Assembly (NCBI GenBank): GCA_040220235.1
Contig: JAVJTO010000015.1
Strand: one strand, 5' to 3'
Origin: Coleofasciculus sp. B1-GNL1-01
GTDB taxonomy: Bacteria; Cyanobacteriota; Cyanobacteriia; Cyanobacteriales; Coleofasciculaceae
Length of the DNA: 50,473 nt
Shown one piece after another: positions 18,758 to 29,172 of the stretch. A model generated the notes under the pieces. The model worked only from the letters and a program-made list of their open reading frames with translations, did no database searches and had not been told where the DNA came from. Within the stretch, counting starts at the first letter, position 1, and each line of letters starts with the position of its first letter. The position numbers and the translations under genes were made by a program.

Positions 18758-20269
18758 ATGCAAGAAGAGATAAGTATTCTCATTCAAGCTCAATACCCTC
18801 TAATCTACCTGGTGACGTCAGAGGAAGAGCGGACAGAACGGGCAATAGCCATGATTGCTCAAAATAAGAATCAGCAACGGCGCGTATTCGTGTGGACTGT
18901 CACCCATGGGATTGTGGAGTATGGTCAATCACGCCACATCACCCAACACAATACAGTCTCTCCAGAAGCAGCTGTTCAATGGGTTATTCAACAAAAAGAA
19001 CCTGGTATCTATATATTTAAGGATCTACATCCATTTATTGATTCTCCAGCAACAACCCGATGGCTGCGGGATGCGATCGCGAGCTTCAAGGCGTCTCAGA
19101 AGACGATTGTACTCATGTCTCCCATGCAGCAGGTGCCGATCGAGTTAGAGAAGGAAGTGGTGGTTATCGACTATCCCTTACCGGATTTAACCGAACTTAA
19201 CCAAGTGCTGTCTCAGCAATTGGAAAAAACCAAAGGGCGTCGCACCACCACGGAAACGCGGGAGAAACTCCTGAAAGCCGCATTGGGTTTGACGCGAGAC
19301 GAAGCGGAGAAAGTGTATCGCAAAGCCCAAGTCAAAGCTGGGCGTCTCACGGAAGCAGAAGTCGATATTGTGCTTTCTGAGAAAAAACAGCTCATTCGTC
19401 GCAATGGTATTTTAGAGTATATTGAAGAGGATGAAACCATTGATTCTATTGGTGGTTTAGAAGAGCTGAAGCGATGGCTGAAACAGCGATCGGGCGCTTT
19501 CACTGAACGGGCAAGAGAGTATGGTTTACCCCAACCCAAAGGGATGCTGATTTTGGGAGTACCTGGCTGCGGAAAATCTCTCATTGCCAAAACAACGTCT
19601 CGCCTTTGGGGACTACCGCTATTGCGGTTAGATATGGGTCGGGTGTATGATGGTTCTATGGTTGGTCGCTCAGAAGCCAACTTGAGAAATGCCCTAAAAA
19701 CAGCAGAATCGATTTCACCCGCCATCCTTTTCATTGATGAGCTTGACAAGTCTTTTGCGGGGAGCAGTGGCTCGGCTGACTCTGATGGTGGCACCTCTAG
19801 CCGCATCTTTGGTTCCTTCCTAACCTGGATGCAAGAGAAAACATCGCCAGTATTTGTCATGGCGACAGCTAACCGAGTGGAACGGCTACCGGGAGAGTTT
19901 CTCCGCAAAGGTCGATTTGACGAAATATTCTTTGTTGACTTACCGAATAAAGAAGAGCGTCAGCAAATCTTTAAGATTCATCTGAGTAAGCGGCGTCGAG
20001 ATATAGACCGCTTTGATATCGAACAGTTGGCGACAATTTGTGACGGTTTTTCCGGTGCAGAAATTGAGCAAGCCCTCATCGCTGCAATGTACGAGGCATT
20101 TGCACAAGACCGGGAATTCACCCAACTGGATATTATAGCGGCGATTAAAGCCACGCTGCCGCTTTCTCGGACAATGACTGAGCAGGTCACAGCCCTGAGG
20201 GACTGGGCAAGACAGAGAGCGAGACCTGCTGCAGCCTCCGTTGCTGAATATCAGCGAATGGAGTTCTAA
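18758..20269 (+). CDS. ycf46: Ycf46/Slr0374-family AAA+ ATPase
   Basis: Walker A GVPGCGKS, Walker B LFIDE, SRH ATAN..LPGEFLRKGRFDE; ATG at 18758 (MQEE). Confidence 0.9.
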   Translation: MQEEISILIQAQYPLIYLVTSEEERTERAIAMIAQNKNQQRRVFVWTVTHGIVEYGQSRHITQHNTVSPEAAVQWVIQQKEPGIYIFKDLHPFIDSPATTRWLRDAIASFKASQKTIVLMSPMQQVPIELEKEVVVIDYPLPDLTELNQVLSQQLEKTKGRRTTTETREKLLKAALGLTRDEAEKVYRKAQVKAGRLTEAEVDIVLSEKKQLIRRNGILEYIEEDETIDSIGGLEELKRWLKQRSGAFTERAREYGLPQPKGMLILGVPGCGKSLIAKTTSRLWGLPLLRLDMGRVYDGSMVGRSEANLRNALKTAESISPAILFIDELDKSFAGSSGSADSDGGTSSRIFGSFLTWMQEKTSPVFVMATANRVERLPGEFLRKGRFDEIFFVDLPNKEERQQIFKIHLSKRRRDIDRFDIEQLATICDGFSGAEIEQALIAAMYEAFAQDREFTQLDIIAAIKATLPLSRTMTEQVTALRDWARQRARPAAASVAEYQRMEF

Positions 20270-20412
20270 AAGGCTTTCTCCTGCTCCCAACAGGAGGAAA
20301 GGCTAGCAAAAGTTTGCTAGCAGTTTCAAAAGACGCCGCAATTTAACAGCGGCAGACCCAAGAAAAAGCTACGTTGTCGTTTGTTTTCTATCTCTACTGG
20401 AGGAAATCTAAA

Positions 20413-20766
20413 ATGTCTCACTTTAGCACTCTGCGTACCAAGATCACCGATGCCGAAATCTTAAAGGCTTCTTTGAGCGATCTAGGTATTTCCGTTAAAA
20501 CGGAAGCTGATGTGCGCGGCTACAACGGTCAACGTGTTCGTTCGGACATCGTTGCTGTTCTCGAAGGCGAGTATGACCTCGGTTGGTCTCGCAATGGCGA
20601 TGGTTCCTTTGACCTGATCGCTGACTTGTGGGGTGTTGCTAAAAAGCACAACCAAACCGAACTGATCAACTCGATCAACCAGAAGTATGCCGTTAACAAG
20701 ACCTTAGCAGAGGTCAAGCAACGTGGCTTACAAAATGCCAACGTTAAACTGGTGGTACAAAAATAG
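20413..20766 (+). CDS. DUF1257 / Slr0376-like (Ycf35-related) protein
   Basis: MSHFSTLRTKITD..VRGYNGQ..FDLIADLW..QKYA; GGAGG RBS before ATG 20413. Confidence 0.9.
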   Translation: MSHFSTLRTKITDAEILKASLSDLGISVKTEADVRGYNGQRVRSDIVAVLEGEYDLGWSRNGDGSFDLIADLWGVAKKHNQTELINSINQKYAVNKTLAEVKQRGLQNANVKLVVQK

Positions 20767-20789
20767 TCCATCAAGGCGTTCCCAAGCTT

Positions 20790-20827
20790 ACGGGTTAACC
20801 AATTTATTTGGGGTTGACCCGTTTTTT
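20790..20827 (+). terminator. Rho-independent terminator
   Basis: ACGGGTTAACC...GGTTGACCCGT stem followed by a T-tract. Confidence 0.75.
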
Positions 20828-21002
20828 CAAAAGGTTATAGAACAAATGTTCTAGTCTTTTCCATAACATAATAACGGCGGGAAAACCTCTCATCCAGGGA
20901 GTTTCTCCGCCGTATTTTTGTACTGGCTTGGTTTTTGCGATCGCGTTCCGAACTGCGGTAGCCTTTTAATGGTGAGGAGATGTACGCAGAGGATTGATTC
21001 TC

Positions 21003-21302
21003 ATGGTAAAGTCAGCAATCCGAGTATTAGCTCGTGTCGTCGCGCATCCGGGGAAGGAAGACAAACTCAAAGCACTGTTGTTAGAACTTGTTGAAGCAAC
21101 GCGCAAGGAACCTGGTTGTGTCACTTACGAGTTATTACAAAGTCCAGCGATTCCCACGGAGTTTGCCTTTGTCGCAGAATGGGAAAGTGAGCAAGCGTGG
21201 CGAGTACATTTGGACTCGGCTCACATTCAGCAAGCGTTTTTAGAAGGCGAAGAGTTGTTTGCTTCACCGCCAGATATTCGTCATTATGTCTTATTAGCTT
21301 AA
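21003..21302 (+). CDS. Antibiotic biosynthesis monooxygenase (ABM/quinol monooxygenase-like) protein
   Basis: VLARVVAHPGKE..TRKEPGCVTYEL..EWESE..HLDSAH. Confidence 0.88.
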   Translation: MVKSAIRVLARVVAHPGKEDKLKALLLELVEATRKEPGCVTYELLQSPAIPTEFAFVAEWESEQAWRVHLDSAHIQQAFLEGEELFASPPDIRHYVLLA

Positions 21303-21407
21303 TCGTTCTGATTCGGGTAGGGAATGATTGATTAAGTTATACAGTAGAAAAAAACTGGGTGATCAGGATACCCAATCTCTACTGTATATTGACTTACAAA
21401 AAAGCGT

Positions 21408-21866
21408 ATGTTTGAAGATAATGTCAGATCTTCTGAAGGGGCAAACTATAGTAAACTTGACGAACTGTTAGCAGGAGGGCAGTGGCGAGAAGCAGACGAG
21501 GAAACATTTACTATTATTCTGAAGATTACGGGTGCAGATAAACGCGGCTATTTAACGAATCAAGATATTCAGCAATTTCCTTGTCAGAACCTTAGGGCAA
21601 TTGACCAACTTTGGGTTAAGTATAGCAGTGGTAAATTTGGTTTTAGTGTTCAGAAGCGGATTTATGAGCAATCAGGAAAGGATTTGATGGTATTTGCTGA
21701 TCAGATTGGCTGGCGGGTGTCTAATCGGTGGCAAAGTTACAATGAGCTGATATTTAATCAGAATGCACCGATAGGACATCTCCCTGGCGGTGGAATCGTG
21801 GGATGGTTGGCGTGGGGAGATCTTCGAGATGATTTGTTTGCTCGTGTTAGGGCGTGCAATCTTTAG
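21408..21866 (+). CDS. Stand-alone GUN4-domain protein
   Basis: LLAGGQWREADEET..FPCQNLRAIDQLWVKYSSGKFGFSVQKRIY..APIGHLP. Confidence 0.88.
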   Translation: MFEDNVRSSEGANYSKLDELLAGGQWREADEETFTIILKITGADKRGYLTNQDIQQFPCQNLRAIDQLWVKYSSGKFGFSVQKRIYEQSGKDLMVFADQIGWRVSNRWQSYNELIFNQNAPIGHLPGGGIVGWLAWGDLRDDLFARVRACNL

Positions 21867-21994
21867 TAAGCTGTCATGCATTTAAATTGGGTATTAGTAG
21901 CGAGCAAGATGCAAAGCCTGCGGCATGGCTTCGCTAAACGCACTACAAGGATTGCGCCATTATTGATATTAAGGTTTAAATGCCGAACAGCTTA
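21867..21994. mobile_element. MITE-like element containing a REP-like hairpin with a nested small repeat
   Basis: TIRs TAAGCTGTCATGCATTTAAA / TTTAAATGCCGAACAGCTTA; internal GTAGCGAGCAAGATGC[..]CGCACTAC. Confidence 0.6.
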
Positions 21995-22080
21995 TAGGGT
22001 TTGCTGAATAACTGTTGTGGTGAGGGTAGGGAACAGCTAAACCTTGATGTATAAGGGTTTCAAATGTCACTATCCAAGCT

Positions 22081-22113
22081 AGATCCCCGACTTCTCTAAG
22101 AAGTCGGGGATCT
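22081..22113. repeat. Palindromic dispersed repeat AGATCCCCGACTTCT-CTA-AGAAGTCGGGGATCT
   Basis: Perfect 15-bp arms; degenerate relative at ~37616-37648. Confidence 0.8.
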
Positions 22114-22181
22114 GTGTACCTCACTTACGAAGGGAAGTTCTGACTAATGCACATCAGTACATATAAACTCAAAAACTTTTC

Positions 22182-25100
22182 CTATCCCGCTGCTGTTTTA
22201 TTCTCCACCGATACCTTAACCTGCGCCATAATTTTCTCCATCTGACTCACTAATTTCTTCGCCTCTTCTCGATTCTCCTGATGAGCATGATCACTAAGTT
22301 GACGGGCTAAATCTGACATTGATTCCACCGCCACAGACGCACTAGAACCCTTGAGTTGATGGGCTTTATTCGCTAACGTTACCCAATCTTGATCCGCCAA
22401 GGCTTGTTGAACTTGGGTGAGAAACGTTGACCCATCATTAATAAATCCTTTGACTAATTCCAACTGAAACTCTGGATCACCACCAGAAATTTCCGATAAT
22501 GCACTCCAATCCACGGGATCTGTAGTCGCTTCAGCCGTATTTTGGCTATCTATCTGTTTGCTAGATTTTGCCTTATTTTCCTGTACCACTAATGACCATC
22601 GCTGTAACATGACTTTCAGTTCTTTCACCATTACCGGTTTACTGAGATAGTCATCCATTCCCGCTGCAATGCATTTATCTCGATCCCCTGGCATTGCATA
22701 AGCAGTCATACCAATTACAATCGTATGGTGGTCTTTACCTTCTTGTTGCCGTAAAGTTTGCGTGGCTTGATAGCCATCCATCACCGGCATCTGACAATCC
22801 ATTAACACAATGTCATAATCATTCTGTGCCAATTTTTCCAGGGCTTTTTCACCATTTTCCGCAGACTCCCACTGATGACCTAGGAGGCGGACTTGGTGCT
22901 GGACTAATTTTAAGTTAATTGGCGTATCTTCCACTAACAAAAGCGTTAGCGGCTGCTGTATTTCTGTTTCCGCTTTCAATTTTGATGTCTTTGCTGCCAA
23001 CTCAGCAACCTCTTGTTGAAAATCCCATTTTTTGTTGGGTAGTTCCTCTTTTAGGGAGGTGGTATTTAGGTCGATATGTCCTTTTAGTTGCTCAAGGAGT
23101 TTCTCTAACTCCCCAACTAGCTTAGCGCTACTCTCACCATTTTTTGTTCTCGCCTCATGTCGCAGTTGTTCTGCGACATCGGGCATGGTTTGCACGGCGA
23201 CTGAGGAACTGGCACCTTTGAGTTGGTGGGCTTTATTGGCAACCATAACCCAGTCTTTATTGGCTAATGCCTGTTTTGCTTGGTTAATAAAACTGGCACC
23301 CTCTTTAATAAAGCCTTGGACTAACTCCAGTTGAAATCCTGGATCACCTTCGGAGATGTCCTTGAGACGCTTCCAGTCTACGACATCAGAGAGTAGACTA
23401 CTCGTAGATTGAGCTGGAGAGGGACGTTCCGGTTTAGGTGAGACGCCTTTGACCACGGATGACCATCGTTCTAATACGGGTGCTAAGTTTTTCACCATAA
23501 CGGGCTTACTCAGATAGTCATCCATTCCTGCCGCTAGACATTTTTCGCGATCGCCTTGCATAGCGTAGGCAGTCATGCCAATTACAATGGTATGGCGGTC
23601 TGTTCCTTCTCGCTCACGTAAGGTTCGGACTGCCTGGTAGCCATCCATGACGGGCATCTGACAATCCATTAACACGATGTCGTAGTCATTTTTGGCGATT
23701 TTGTCAAGGGCTTCTTGACCATTTTCTGCTGATTCAGACTCATGACCCAATAGTTGCACCTGATGGCGCACCAGTTTCAGGTTAATTGGTGTATCTTCCA
23801 CTAAGAGAATTTTTAGGCAAGTGGGTTGGGGTGCAGGTTGAGACGGATCAGGGATAGCCGATTGGGTACTGAAGAGGGTAGCGGGAATCTCAGCCGCCAG
23901 AATTTTCTGTAACGATTCCAGCAATTGAGATTCTTTCACTGGCTTAACTAAATAATCGGCAAATCCGCTTTTCAGCAAGGGTTGGGCGGAATCCCCGGCG
24001 TGCATCGAGGTCATTAGGACTAACTTGGTTTTTGCCCAATCCGGTTCGGCGAGAATCAACCGTCCTAGAGTAGACCCATCGATTTTGGGCATTTTCATAT
24101 CCAGTAGCGCCACATCGTAGGATTTACCCGCTTCGGCAGCCGCTTGCATGGCATTTAGGGCAATAATACCATTATCAGCTTCATCGACTTCCATGCCCCT
24201 CGCCTCTAACTGATACTTGACAATTTGGCGATTAATTGGGCGGTCATCGACAATTAACACCCGTTTCCCTTGCAGAGATTCGGGGGAGATGGGTAAATTA
24301 CTAAAGATGCGATCGCTCTCATCTTCCTCAGTACCCACCGCTACTTTCCCAAAGGTAATTGTAAACCAGAACGTCGAACCCACACCCAGTTGACTCTCGA
24401 CGCCAATCTCACCCCCCATCATTTCTACCAGTTGCTTACAGATGGCTAATCCTAAACCTGTTCCCCCATATTTGCGGGTGGTCGAAGAATCGACTTGGGA
24501 GAAGGCTTGGAAGAGTTTCCGTTGATCCTCTGGGTTAATCCCAATCCCTGTATCCCGCACGGCAAATCGCAGTTGAATCTTGTCCTGATCCGGCAATTCC
24601 TGATGCACCGACACCCGAATTACCACTTCGCCAGATTCGGTAAACTTAATCGAATTACTCACCAAGTTTGCACAAATTTGGCGCAAACGACCCACATCTC
24701 CGATGAGTCGTCGCGGTACATCCGTATCGACTAACAGCGCTAATTCTAAATCTTTGGCTTCGGCTTGGGGAGAACACAAATCTAAGACATCTTCCAACGA
24801 CCGATTAATGTTCAACTCATCAACATCAAGGCGCATTTCTCCGGCTTCGAGTTTGGAGAAGTCGAGAATATCATTAATTACACCGAGTAAATGTTCACCA
24901 CTGACTTGCAAGGTTTTGACAAAATCCAGTTGGCGAGGATTAAGATCCGTGGTTAACAGCAATTCACTCATTCCCAACACGCCATTCATCGGTGTGCGGA
25001 TTTCATGGCTCATATTTGCCAAGAATTGAGCTTTTGCCCGGGCGGCTTCGACGGCGGCTTCTCGCGCTTCTACTAATTTATTTTCATACTCTTTTCGTTC

Positions 25101-26618
25101 AGTTACATCCCGATTTACCCCAATCGCGGCGATGGGTCTACCCAGGTCATCCCGCAACGGCACAACCACGGTTTCGCACACCCCTTTATTGCCATCTTTA
25201 CGGATAAATTCAATCTCCCGTGTCCAGCGTCCTTCATGGAGTAAACTATCCAGCATTTGTTGCGTTAGGGCGGTGGCTTCATCGGGTTGATAAACCATGC
25301 CACAGGTTTGACCTAATACTTCGGTTTTCTCATAGCCAAAAATTCGTTCTGCTGCTGGGTTCCAGTCCAGGATATGACCCTTCAAATCGGTGACAATAAC
25401 ACCATCATAAATGGTTTCAAACATTAACGCTTGACGGCGCAATGCCTCATCTGCCCGTTTGCGAGCCGAAATGTCTTGGACTAAGCAAACAATTCCTTGA
25501 ATCCTGTCGGATGAATTTTTCATCACTGAGGCGGTAACAGATACGGGAACAGAAGTACCTGTTTTCGTAAAGAATGTGGTTTCGTATCGACCCAGAAAGC
25601 CACTTTGTTGAGAATCATTTGCCTGTAAATGAGCTAAAAAATTATCTTCTTTAAAGAAACGCTCTAAAGGTTGGTCGCGCAGTTCTTTGGGAGAATATCC
25701 GGATAAAAACAATGTGGCTTCATTAAAGCTTTCAACTCTAATATTTTTATTCAGGACAATGAGTCCATCACTCAACGAACTGATAATATTATCGAGATAG
25801 GATTTAGATACCGTCGTTTCTTGGAGCTGTTTACTCATCTGGTTAAAGGTATCGGCTAAGACACTTAGCTCGTCCTTGGTTTGTACCTCAACATAGGTAT
25901 CGAAGTCCCCTGCACCAATTTTTGCGGCAGCTTCTTTGAGTTTAACAATCGGCTTGGTGACGCGATCGGCTAAAACGATCCCGAAAATAATTGATACGGC
26001 GACAACGCCAGTAATTGCTGTGAGGTTAATAATCAGTGAGTAAGTTGAACTGCGATTTGCGGTTTGATTTTCTTCTTCTAGAGTATTCGTATGAAAGGTA
26101 ATGGCTTGATCAACAACGGCTAAAAATTGGTCTTCTGCATTCTCTAACGCTTGCCGTTTTGCCAAAATATCAGTGCGTCGGAAGTTGGTGTCATCTAAGG
26201 CTAAAATTTCCTGGCTGATTTCTGCCAATAGCAGCTTACTAACTTTCAATTCCCGATAAAAGCTTTGAGCTTGAGGGTTATTGGCAAAGGACTGAAATTC
26301 GGCTAAATACTGATCCAGAGCTGCAACCGATTGTTGGAAGTCAACTTTGGCTTGTTTTTCCGGTTCTTCGTCTTGAGATTTTGGCGAGGTGGTGGTCGAT
26401 TTTCCTTCGATCACAGCATAACTATAGGCTTTATTGGTTAACCGTAAGGAGGCTGCCTTAATCTGATTTAATGCCACCAGTTGACGGGTAGTACCCTCGG
26501 TAATTCGATTAAAATTATCATCAACATTTTTCTTTGTTTGAATTGTAATAATTCCCAAAACAGCGACCAGCGATGCCACCCCTAGAAAGCCTGAGATAAA
26601 TTTGGTCTTCAGTTTCAT
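22182..26618 (-). CDS. Hybrid sensor histidine kinase: TM-4-helix sensor-TM-HAMP-PAS-PAS-HisKA-HATPase-REC-REC-HPt-REC-HPt
   Basis: [37 protein letters not shown]; three REC domains; two AHQLKG HPt motifs. Confidence 0.95.
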   Translation of the reverse strand: MKLKTKFISGFLGVASLVAVLGIITIQTKKNVDDNFNRITEGTTRQLVALNQIKAASLRLTNKAYSYAVIEGKSTTTSPKSQDEEPEKQAKVDFQQSVAALDQYLAEFQSFANNPQAQSFYRELKVSKLLLAEISQEILALDDTNFRRTDILAKRQALENAEDQFLAVVDQAITFHTNTLEEENQTANRSSTYSLIINLTAITGVVAVSIIFGIVLADRVTKPIVKLKEAAAKIGAGDFDTYVEVQTKDELSVLADTFNQMSKQLQETTVSKSYLDNIISSLSDGLIVLNKNIRVESFNEATLFLSGYSPKELRDQPLERFFKEDNFLAHLQANDSQQSGFLGRYETTFFTKTGTSVPVSVTASVMKNSSDRIQGIVCLVQDISARKRADEALRRQALMFETIYDGVIVTDLKGHILDWNPAAERIFGYEKTEVLGQTCGMVYQPDEATALTQQMLDSLLHEGRWTREIEFIRKDGNKGVCETVVVPLRDDLGRPIAAIGVNRDVTERKEYENKLVEAREAAVEAARAKAQFLANMSHEIRTPMNGVLGMSELLLTTDLNPRQLDFVKTLQVSGEHLLGVINDILDFSKLEAGEMRLDVDELNINRSLEDVLDLCSPQAEAKDLELALLVDTDVPRRLIGDVGRLRQICANLVSNSIKFTESGEVVIRVSVHQELPDQDKIQLRFAVRDTGIGINPEDQRKLFQAFSQVDSSTTRKYGGTGLGLAICKQLVEMMGGEIGVESQLGVGSTFWFTITFGKVAVGTEEDESDRIFSNLPISPESLQGKRVLIVDDRPINRQIVKYQLEARGMEVDEADNGIIALNAMQAAAEAGKSYDVALLDMKMPKIDGSTLGRLILAEPDWAKTKLVLMTSMHAGDSAQPLLKSGFADYLVKPVKESQLLESLQKILAAEIPATLFSTQSAIPDPSQPAPQPTCLKILLVEDTPINLKLVRHQVQLLGHESESAENGQEALDKIAKNDYDIVLMDCQMPVMDGYQAVRTLREREGTDRHTIVIGMTAYAMQGDREKCLAAGMDDYLSKPVMVKNLAPVLERWSSVVKGVSPKPERPSPAQSTSSLLSDVVDWKRLKDISEGDPGFQLELVQGFIKEGASFINQAKQALANKDWVMVANKAHQLKGASSSVAVQTMPDVAEQLRHEARTKNGESSAKLVGELEKLLEQLKGHIDLNTTSLKEELPNKKWDFQQEVAELAAKTSKLKAETEIQQPLTLLLVEDTPINLKLVQHQVRLLGHQWESAENGEKALEKLAQNDYDIVLMDCQMPVMDGYQATQTLRQQEGKDHHTIVIGMTAYAMPGDRDKCIAAGMDDYLSKPVMVKELKVMLQRWSLVVQENKAKSSKQIDSQNTAEATTDPVDWSALSEISGGDPEFQLELVKGFINDGSTFLTQVQQALADQDWVTLANKAHQLKGSSASVAVESMSDLARQLSDHAHQENREEAKKLVSQMEKIMAQVKVSVENKTAAG

Positions 26619-26949
26619 AGCCGTCTCCCGTCACTATTTTATCCTTCGGATATTTATCAGAACATTCCGGATCATCAGGTAACACAGTCTGACAAACTTT
26701 TGGCAGAAGATTAATGTCACCTGAATGGGACGTTCTCTTATACTGTAGCCGACACAGATGCAGACGAAAAGAGGAAAATTTTTGAATAAAAATTAAGTAA
26801 AGGATGGGTGAATTTTTATTTTTACAGATTAAAATTATTGGCTTTTTGTTTTTTATCCTTTGTCAGGGGTTAAGGGATGTTTATATAAGTTAATGGAGTT
26901 GATGTGATTTCGACCAACTAAATTAGGTCAAGATTTGGTTAAAGGCAGG

Positions 26950-27920
26950 TTGGAGGAAAATAATCTTATTTGGGGTATTGACAGAGGCGGTAGTTTTCTA
27001 TTAGACTTACATCATAATGGGAAAATGTGCCGATCTATAGGGTCGAGTTTCCGAGTATTATCACATCAGTAATTAAGTGAATTGCCTTAAGTTTGGGCAA
27101 AAGTTCTGTATTGGCAAAAGTTAGCCTCAAGTCAGCCAACAGAAGTATGCGATCGCGCTTTTGGTGAGCCGATCCGGGGAACGTAGAATTGAGGCGGCAA
27201 CCCACGAGATTTGGTTGAAATTTGGTTCTGGGAAAATAATCTTATTTGGGGTATTGACAGAGGCGGTAGTTTTCACTTAGACTTACATCATAATGGGAAA
27301 ATGTGCCGACCTATAGGGTCGAGTTTCCGAGTATTATCCCATCAGTAATCGAGTGAATTGCCTTAAGTTTGAGCAAAAGTTCTGTATTGGTGAAAGTTAG
27401 GCTCAATTCACCCAAGAGGCGGATGCGATCGCGCTTTTTATGAACCGATTCGGGTAAGGTGGAATTGAGGCGACAATGCAGGAGATTTGGTTGAAATTTG
27501 GTTCTGGGAAAATAATCTTATTTGGGGTATTGACAGAGGCGGTAGTTTTCGCTTAGACTTATATCATAATGGAAAAATGTGCCGACCTATAGGGTAGAGT
27601 TTCCGAGTATTATCCCATCAGTAATCGAGTGAATTGCCCTAACTTTGAGCAAAAGTTCTGTATTGGCAAAAGTTAGCCTCAAGTCAGCCAATAGAAGGAT
27701 GCGATCGCGCTTTTTATGAACCGATTCGGGGAACGTAGAATTGAGGCGACAGCGCACTATATATATTGTCTCAAAAGCGGGTTGGAGGAAAATAATCCTA
27801 TTAGAGGGATTGACAGATGCGGTGGTTTTCCATTAGGCTTATTTCATAATGGGAAAATGTGCCGACCTATAGGGTCTGATTTCAGATTCTGCTTCCATCA
27901 GTAGTTAAGCTAATTATCCT
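26950..27920 (+). repeat. Tandem array of ~3.5 copies of a 276-bp non-coding unit
   Basis: TTGACA at 26978, 27254, 27530, 27810 (period 276/276/280); HIP1 at 27149, 27425, 27701; units 1-3 highly similar, unit 4 partial and more diverged. Confidence 0.97.
26978..27007 (+). promoter_or_regulatory. Putative sigma70-type promoter, repeated in each array unit
   Basis: TTGACA-N18-TAGACT (TAGGCT in unit 4), with an A/T-rich UP-like segment upstream. Confidence 0.55.
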
Positions 27921-28027
27921 AACTGGAATAGCGCTGACTTAAGCGAAATATTGCCAATTCGCAGACCAGTAAATAAATGTCTTATCTTTAGGTTCAAGTA
28001 AGAATGGAACTTACTGGGTAACTCTTT

Positions 28028-28080
28028 GAACCCGTTTTAACGGGTTTAAGCTTTGAGCCAGAACTTTAGTTCTAGGCTTA
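28028..28080. repeat. Double-hairpin dispersed repeat
   Basis: AACCCGTT-TT-AACGGGTT and AGCCAGAACT-TT-AGTTCTAGGCT. Confidence 0.55.
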
Positions 28081-28095
28081 AGTCAGCACTCTCCT

Positions 28096-29172
28096 TCATA
28101 GAGAATTGCGATAACGAACAGTTGATTGCAGCAAAAAACCTATCCCCATTAATAGTAGTGGGATAGAAAACGCGGGTTCTGGAACGGATTTAGGTTCTAC
28201 ACCAGCATCCTGGAGCGCAGCGTATGCATAGTCTCCCCATAAAGCATGACCTTTAGCCGTTGGATGGATGTCATCCCAGAATAAGTACTCATCGGGGTTA
28301 GAACATACACCCAATTCAGTGAAGCAAGGCTCAGTCACATTGGTAAAACCAAATTCATCAGGCTGAGTGATAACCTCTTGAAACAGAGACGCCAGATCAA
28401 ACGGTATGATGTTTATATCATCATAGGTGAGACGCAAATCATCGAACATTGTCGTTAAACCCGCGTTATGTTCCGCACTCACTTGGGTGAGTTCCGCTGC
28501 TTCTCCCTGTATAATCGCTCGGGGCGTTTTACCCAAATCGGGCAAGTTAGGAATAAAGAAATTACGAGCGCCAGCTTCCGCTAAAGCCGTCACCCCAGTA
28601 AATAAGTTGTTGATGGGTTCAGTACTATCACGCAGCCCACCCTTGCTGTAATCATTATTACCAGCCCAGACAATATAAAGGGCGTCAGGATTAGCCGATG
28701 TTTGAGCGACATTTAGGTCATTAATAAACCCATTAATCTCAGTGAGGACTCCTACGCCTAACTGAGGATTGACATTACCCAATCCTGTCTTAGCACCACC
28801 AAAGGCAAAGTTAACGCTATTAGTTGCGGTAGCACCACCGAAATTAAAATTGACCGCTGGTGGGATTGATGGAATGATTGGTTCTCCCACCGTTAATTCA
28901 GTCGATGGAATCAAATCAACTCCCAATTCCGATGTGAGAATGTCTATCCAGTTGTAGCCATTAGAAAAACGTCCTTCAAAGTAAGGTGGACTAGGGGTAA
29001 TCGGTACGGGTAAACCTGACGAGTTGGCGGCTGACGTCACATTGAAGACATTGCCTGGATCAGCGGAGCTATCGCTAAACACATAAATCTGATTGAATTG
29101 GATTGCCTCAGCACTTAGCGGGTACAATAAAGATAAAAAGGAAAATCCTGTGGCTATTGCGGTAATTTTCAT
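28096..29172 (-). CDS. SGNH/GDSL hydrolase with signal peptide and PEP-CTERM sorting domain
   Basis: FSDS block I, GRFSNG, NFAFGGA, WAGNND, FWDDIHPT; C-terminal VPEP + TM + basic residues. Confidence 0.92.
   Translation of the reverse strand: MKITAIATGFSFLSLLYPLSAEAIQFNQIYVFSDSSADPGNVFNVTSAANSSGLPVPITPSPPYFEGRFSNGYNWIDILTSELGVDLIPSTELTVGEPIIPSIPPAVNFNFGGATATNSVNFAFGGAKTGLGNVNPQLGVGVLTEINGFINDLNVAQTSANPDALYIVWAGNNDYSKGGLRDSTEPINNLFTGVTALAEAGARNFFIPNLPDLGKTPRAIIQGEAAELTQVSAEHNAGLTTMFDDLRLTYDDINIIPFDLASLFQEVITQPDEFGFTNVTEPCFTELGVCSNPDEYLFWDDIHPTAKGHALWGDYAYAALQDAGVEPKSVPEPAFSIPLLLMGIGFLLQSTVRYRNSL

Noticed and set aside
19213..19908. 231-aa antisense ORF and other shadow ORFs inside gpsA, ggpS, the hybrid kinase, GNAT and rnc
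   Set aside because: Fully overlapped by well-supported genes and lacking recognisable motifs
21408..21866. Canonical gun4/ycf53 gene
   Set aside because: Only the core domain (152 aa) is present, without the N-terminal helical region; more likely one of the many GUN4-domain paralogues
26950..27920. CRISPR array or peptide-coding repeat (MCRSIGSSFRVLSHQ-like mini ORFs; ORF 27716..27904)
   Set aside because: Units are similar along their whole length with no unique spacers, and no cas genes are present. The mini ORF has a TAG at codon 7 in copy 3 and no clear RBS
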